Positions 61,381 to 64,000 of a stretch of 64,000 nucleotides of DNA are shown piece after piece. The stretch's first letter is position 1. Every line of letters begins with the position of its first letter. Source of the stretch: Andalucia godoyi And28 (taxonomy: Eukaryota; Protista; Jakobida); the NCBI GenBank assembly GCA_009859145.1, contig VRVR01000016.1, forward strand, positions 47,370 to 111,369, given 5' to 3'. Below the pieces are notes generated by a model. That model saw nothing but the letters and a program-made list of their open reading frames with translations, had not been told where the DNA came from and ran no database searches. A program made the translations under genes and the position numbers.

Positions 61381-63942
61381 ATGGCGGATCGCTCCTCGAC
61401 TTCATCAACATTTGTACATGACATGGAAGACAGCTCCAGTGACGATTCCTTTGTGGGTCAGTTTTCATCGGACGTCAGTGATGCAAGTCGTGGAGCTCGA
61501 TCAAATCCGCTCCAATCCCCGGTTTCCAGTCGTCAGCCTGTGAATCCCCTGAATGCCTCGCAGCTCAGACAACATCGAGTGTCATTTCGAAGCGGTGGAG
61601 ACGAAGAAGTCGTGATGGTGAATGAGGAAGATCCTGTTCTTCCAAACTCTGTGATTGGACCAGTTGGTCTCGACGAAGCACGTATCGAACGAGAATTGAA
61701 AAGACAGTGGGACTTACTGGACATCGACGATTTGTCTCCCGGCTCTCGAAAGGACAGCAGTGGGCGTGCAAGTTTCTTATTGTCCAAACAGAATGACTCG
61801 ACTCGCTGGAGTGGAATTGACGGCAGCAGCAGCGGCGGCGGCATTGCTGATGCAGATAATGATGCTGGAGACGTACCAGGATCGTTTCTAGGGATTTCTG
61901 CTGCAAACGATCCTCATGAACAGGAGCATGCTGCGAGAGAAAATGCGCTTCGACAGCGAGTGCTGAATCAGCACGCCAAGATGCAGAAGCTCAAAGAGCG
62001 TAACAAGGACCTCTCACTGACCACCCAAAAGCAAAAAATTGACATCGAATCACTGAAAACAGATCTGATCTTGGCAGAGAAGAAGGTTGGTGTTGGTGCA
62101 CCACTTTCGGTGGCATTCACAAATCCCCAGCAAATGGACCTCTTTTCTCGCAAAAGGCACGGGAGAAGAGAAAAAGGAAATGGTGATGTCCTGTTTGACG
62201 ACGAGGGTGAAGATGGTGCTGGAAAGGATTCTTGGAGTCGACAGCAAATTCTGATGCGAGTTCGGAGGTACAAGCGAGCGCTGCTGAAACACCTGCTGGT
62301 TTTCATTCCCCTGATTAGCGAGGTTACGTTCATGGAAACGCATTACGGAACGGGAGTAGCAAAGTTCTTTTCTTTTTTCCGCTGGCTCGTCTGGGTGTTT
62401 CTGTTTCTGGCGTTTGTGAATGTTCCATTTCTGATCCTGCATCTGGTGGAGACGAGCATCATTGGGAACTGGGGGTCCTACATTACTCCCGAGTTCTTGT
62501 TGTACAGTTCTTACGGATCGAGCGAAGCACCGTATGTGATTGTAGTGTTTTCAGTGGCAATCATCACCATGGTGGTTGCTCTCATGTTCAAGTACATTGT
62601 CGAGGATCAAGACAGGAGATCGGGGAAATTGCAGGAACAGTGGGAGCGGCAGAATCGGTTTTCCAAACTGGTATTCAATTGCTGGGATCACTCGGTGCAT
62701 GATCGTCTTCAGATCGAGGAAACAAGGCTGTCTATTGCCGAGAACATCCGCGTCCTGCTCAACGAAGATTCGATCAAAAAGGCGATTCAGAACCGCAATG
62801 CAAAGGAGCGGGCAGATCTTATTGTTCGGCGTGTTATTGCTGCTGGAATCATTGTGTTGCTTGTCATTGCGGTTTGGGTGTTGCTGTTCAGTCTGACTGT
62901 TACGCAAGACCAAATTCAAAGCGCGACAACGAGCACATCTGCAATTTCGGGTTTTATTGTGCCTTGCACGGTTGCGGTTATCAATGCTTTCTTCCCACAC
63001 GTTGTTCTGTTGATTACACAATTTGAAAAATGGGACAATCCTACGTTCATCATGAAAATGCAGCTTTTGCGTTTGTATGCTCTGAAGATTGCATCCATTT
63101 TGATCTACATGTTTACTTTCTTTCAGGTTCTCTCTGGCCGTTCTTTGCTGAGCCAGATATCACCTTCGTTAGTCGAAGTGGGTTGCGGAGAGAATTACGT
63201 TGGAAATGAACTGATGAAACTCTTGATCATTTCGTTCTTCACGGATAAGATTTTTGCGTTCATCGTCATTTGGGGGCGCCGACTTGTGTTTGCGTCCAAG
63301 ACTGCTAAATCCGGGGCCGGCAATCAAGGTCCAGCGGTTCTCGGAGCCGGCGTTTCGAACGTCCGTTCAGAATTTCTTGTCTCGATGGAAACGATTTCTG
63401 TCATTTTCATGACTGCAATTATTCTTGGCTGCATCCCGTTTATCCCTTCTGTCGCCATTGTCGGCTGCCTGTTCATGTATATTAATTTCAAGTTCCTGTC
63501 TTGGCGTCTACGCAACCACATGCGTATTCCTGCAAATCGGACTTCGGCCTCTGATATCGGCGTGTACTTCATGATTGTTTTTCTTCTGACGTTCGTCATT
63601 TCCATGATGTCGTGGTCGTATGTCATGGCATTCCGCTCAAGCTCTACGTGTGGTCCCTTTTCCGGCTCCACGTACTATGAATCGATGTTGTCGTCTATTC
63701 GCTCGGACAGCGCCTCCTCGTACATATTCGACATTTTTACTCAGCCGGTTTTGTTGTGGTCTGTGATCTGTGTCTTGATTGTCTTGTCGGCCACTCGAAA
63801 GCATGCCGCCAAGATCGCGTCGCTGTTTTTGCTGCTGCAGCAGGACCGTTTCGATCGCCACGTGGAACACGTGGATGCTATTATTCGAAAGCAGGCTCGG
63901 GACATCCAGCGCCTTAGGAAAGAGACTGAAGAATCGGTATGA
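61381..63942 (+). CDS. TMC: Transmembrane channel-like (TMC) family protein
   Basis: Motifs ETHYGTGVAKFFSFFRWL, CGENYVGNELMKL, EFLVSMETISVI and CGPF, with about 10 TM segments. Confidence 0.85.
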   Translation: MADRSSTSSTFVHDMEDSSSDDSFVGQFSSDVSDASRGARSNPLQSPVSSRQPVNPLNASQLRQHRVSFRSGGDEEVVMVNEEDPVLPNSVIGPVGLDEARIERELKRQWDLLDIDDLSPGSRKDSSGRASFLLSKQNDSTRWSGIDGSSSGGGIADADNDAGDVPGSFLGISAANDPHEQEHAARENALRQRVLNQHAKMQKLKERNKDLSLTTQKQKIDIESLKTDLILAEKKVGVGAPLSVAFTNPQQMDLFSRKRHGRREKGNGDVLFDDEGEDGAGKDSWSRQQILMRVRRYKRALLKHLLVFIPLISEVTFMETHYGTGVAKFFSFFRWLVWVFLFLAFVNVPFLILHLVETSIIGNWGSYITPEFLLYSSYGSSEAPYVIVVFSVAIITMVVALMFKYIVEDQDRRSGKLQEQWERQNRFSKLVFNCWDHSVHDRLQIEETRLSIAENIRVLLNEDSIKKAIQNRNAKERADLIVRRVIAAGIIVLLVIAVWVLLFSLTVTQDQIQSATTSTSAISGFIVPCTVAVINAFFPHVVLLITQFEKWDNPTFIMKMQLLRLYALKIASILIYMFTFFQVLSGRSLLSQISPSLVEVGCGENYVGNELMKLLIISFFTDKIFAFIVIWGRRLVFASKTAKSGAGNQGPAVLGAGVSNVRSEFLVSMETISVIFMTAIILGCIPFIPSVAIVGCLFMYINFKFLSWRLRNHMRIPANRTSASDIGVYFMIVFLLTFVISMMSWSYVMAFRSSSTCGPFSGSTYYESMLSSIRSDSASSYIFDIFTQPVLLWSVICVLIVLSATRKHAAKIASLFLLLQQDRFDRHVEHVDAIIRKQARDIQRLRKETEESV

Positions 63943-64000
63943 GGTGCCTTGCAGCAACTGGACTTCTTACGCGTGCTCGTCGTCTCTTTGGATAGCATTC

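Overview
This is a gene-dense, almost intron-free eukaryotic (protist) segment with short AT-rich, microsatellite-bearing spacers. The style resembles a compact free-living flagellate genome such as a jakobid, but that is inference only. About 22 genes are supportable: a giant IQ-repeat protein, DXO/Rai1, UTP10, NOC2, CGI121, an ABC1/ADCK kinase, PTS2-type acyl-CoA oxidase, an RmlD/MAT2B-like reductase, SNM1, a PH protein, a lipase-fold protein lacking its catalytic Ser, CSTPP1, a STE-type kinase, a homeodomain protein, a TLC protein, DCTN5, ATP-PFK, succinyl-CoA ligase beta, ERG25, a SNF2-RING helicase, a TMC channel, and orphans. The main hidden signal is three intergenic, same-strand relics of an IS607/Fanzor2 (TnpB-like RNA-guided nuclease) element at ~20.6-21.1, ~49.15-49.7 and ~60.8-61.0 kb. 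Two near-identical copies fuse the N-terminal RIKMHPSQEQ..LRKW motif to the RuvC-III IDRDWNGARNI motif through one shared deletion. All three keep an omegaRNA-like right end (hairpins plus a CCUA/UAGG pseudoknot, with compensatory changes in the third copy), and each is followed by a different flank that would act as its guide. A second, unrelated diverged ~500-600 bp repeat occurs twice in inverted orientation. All alignments and RNA folds were done by eye; no database searches were run.
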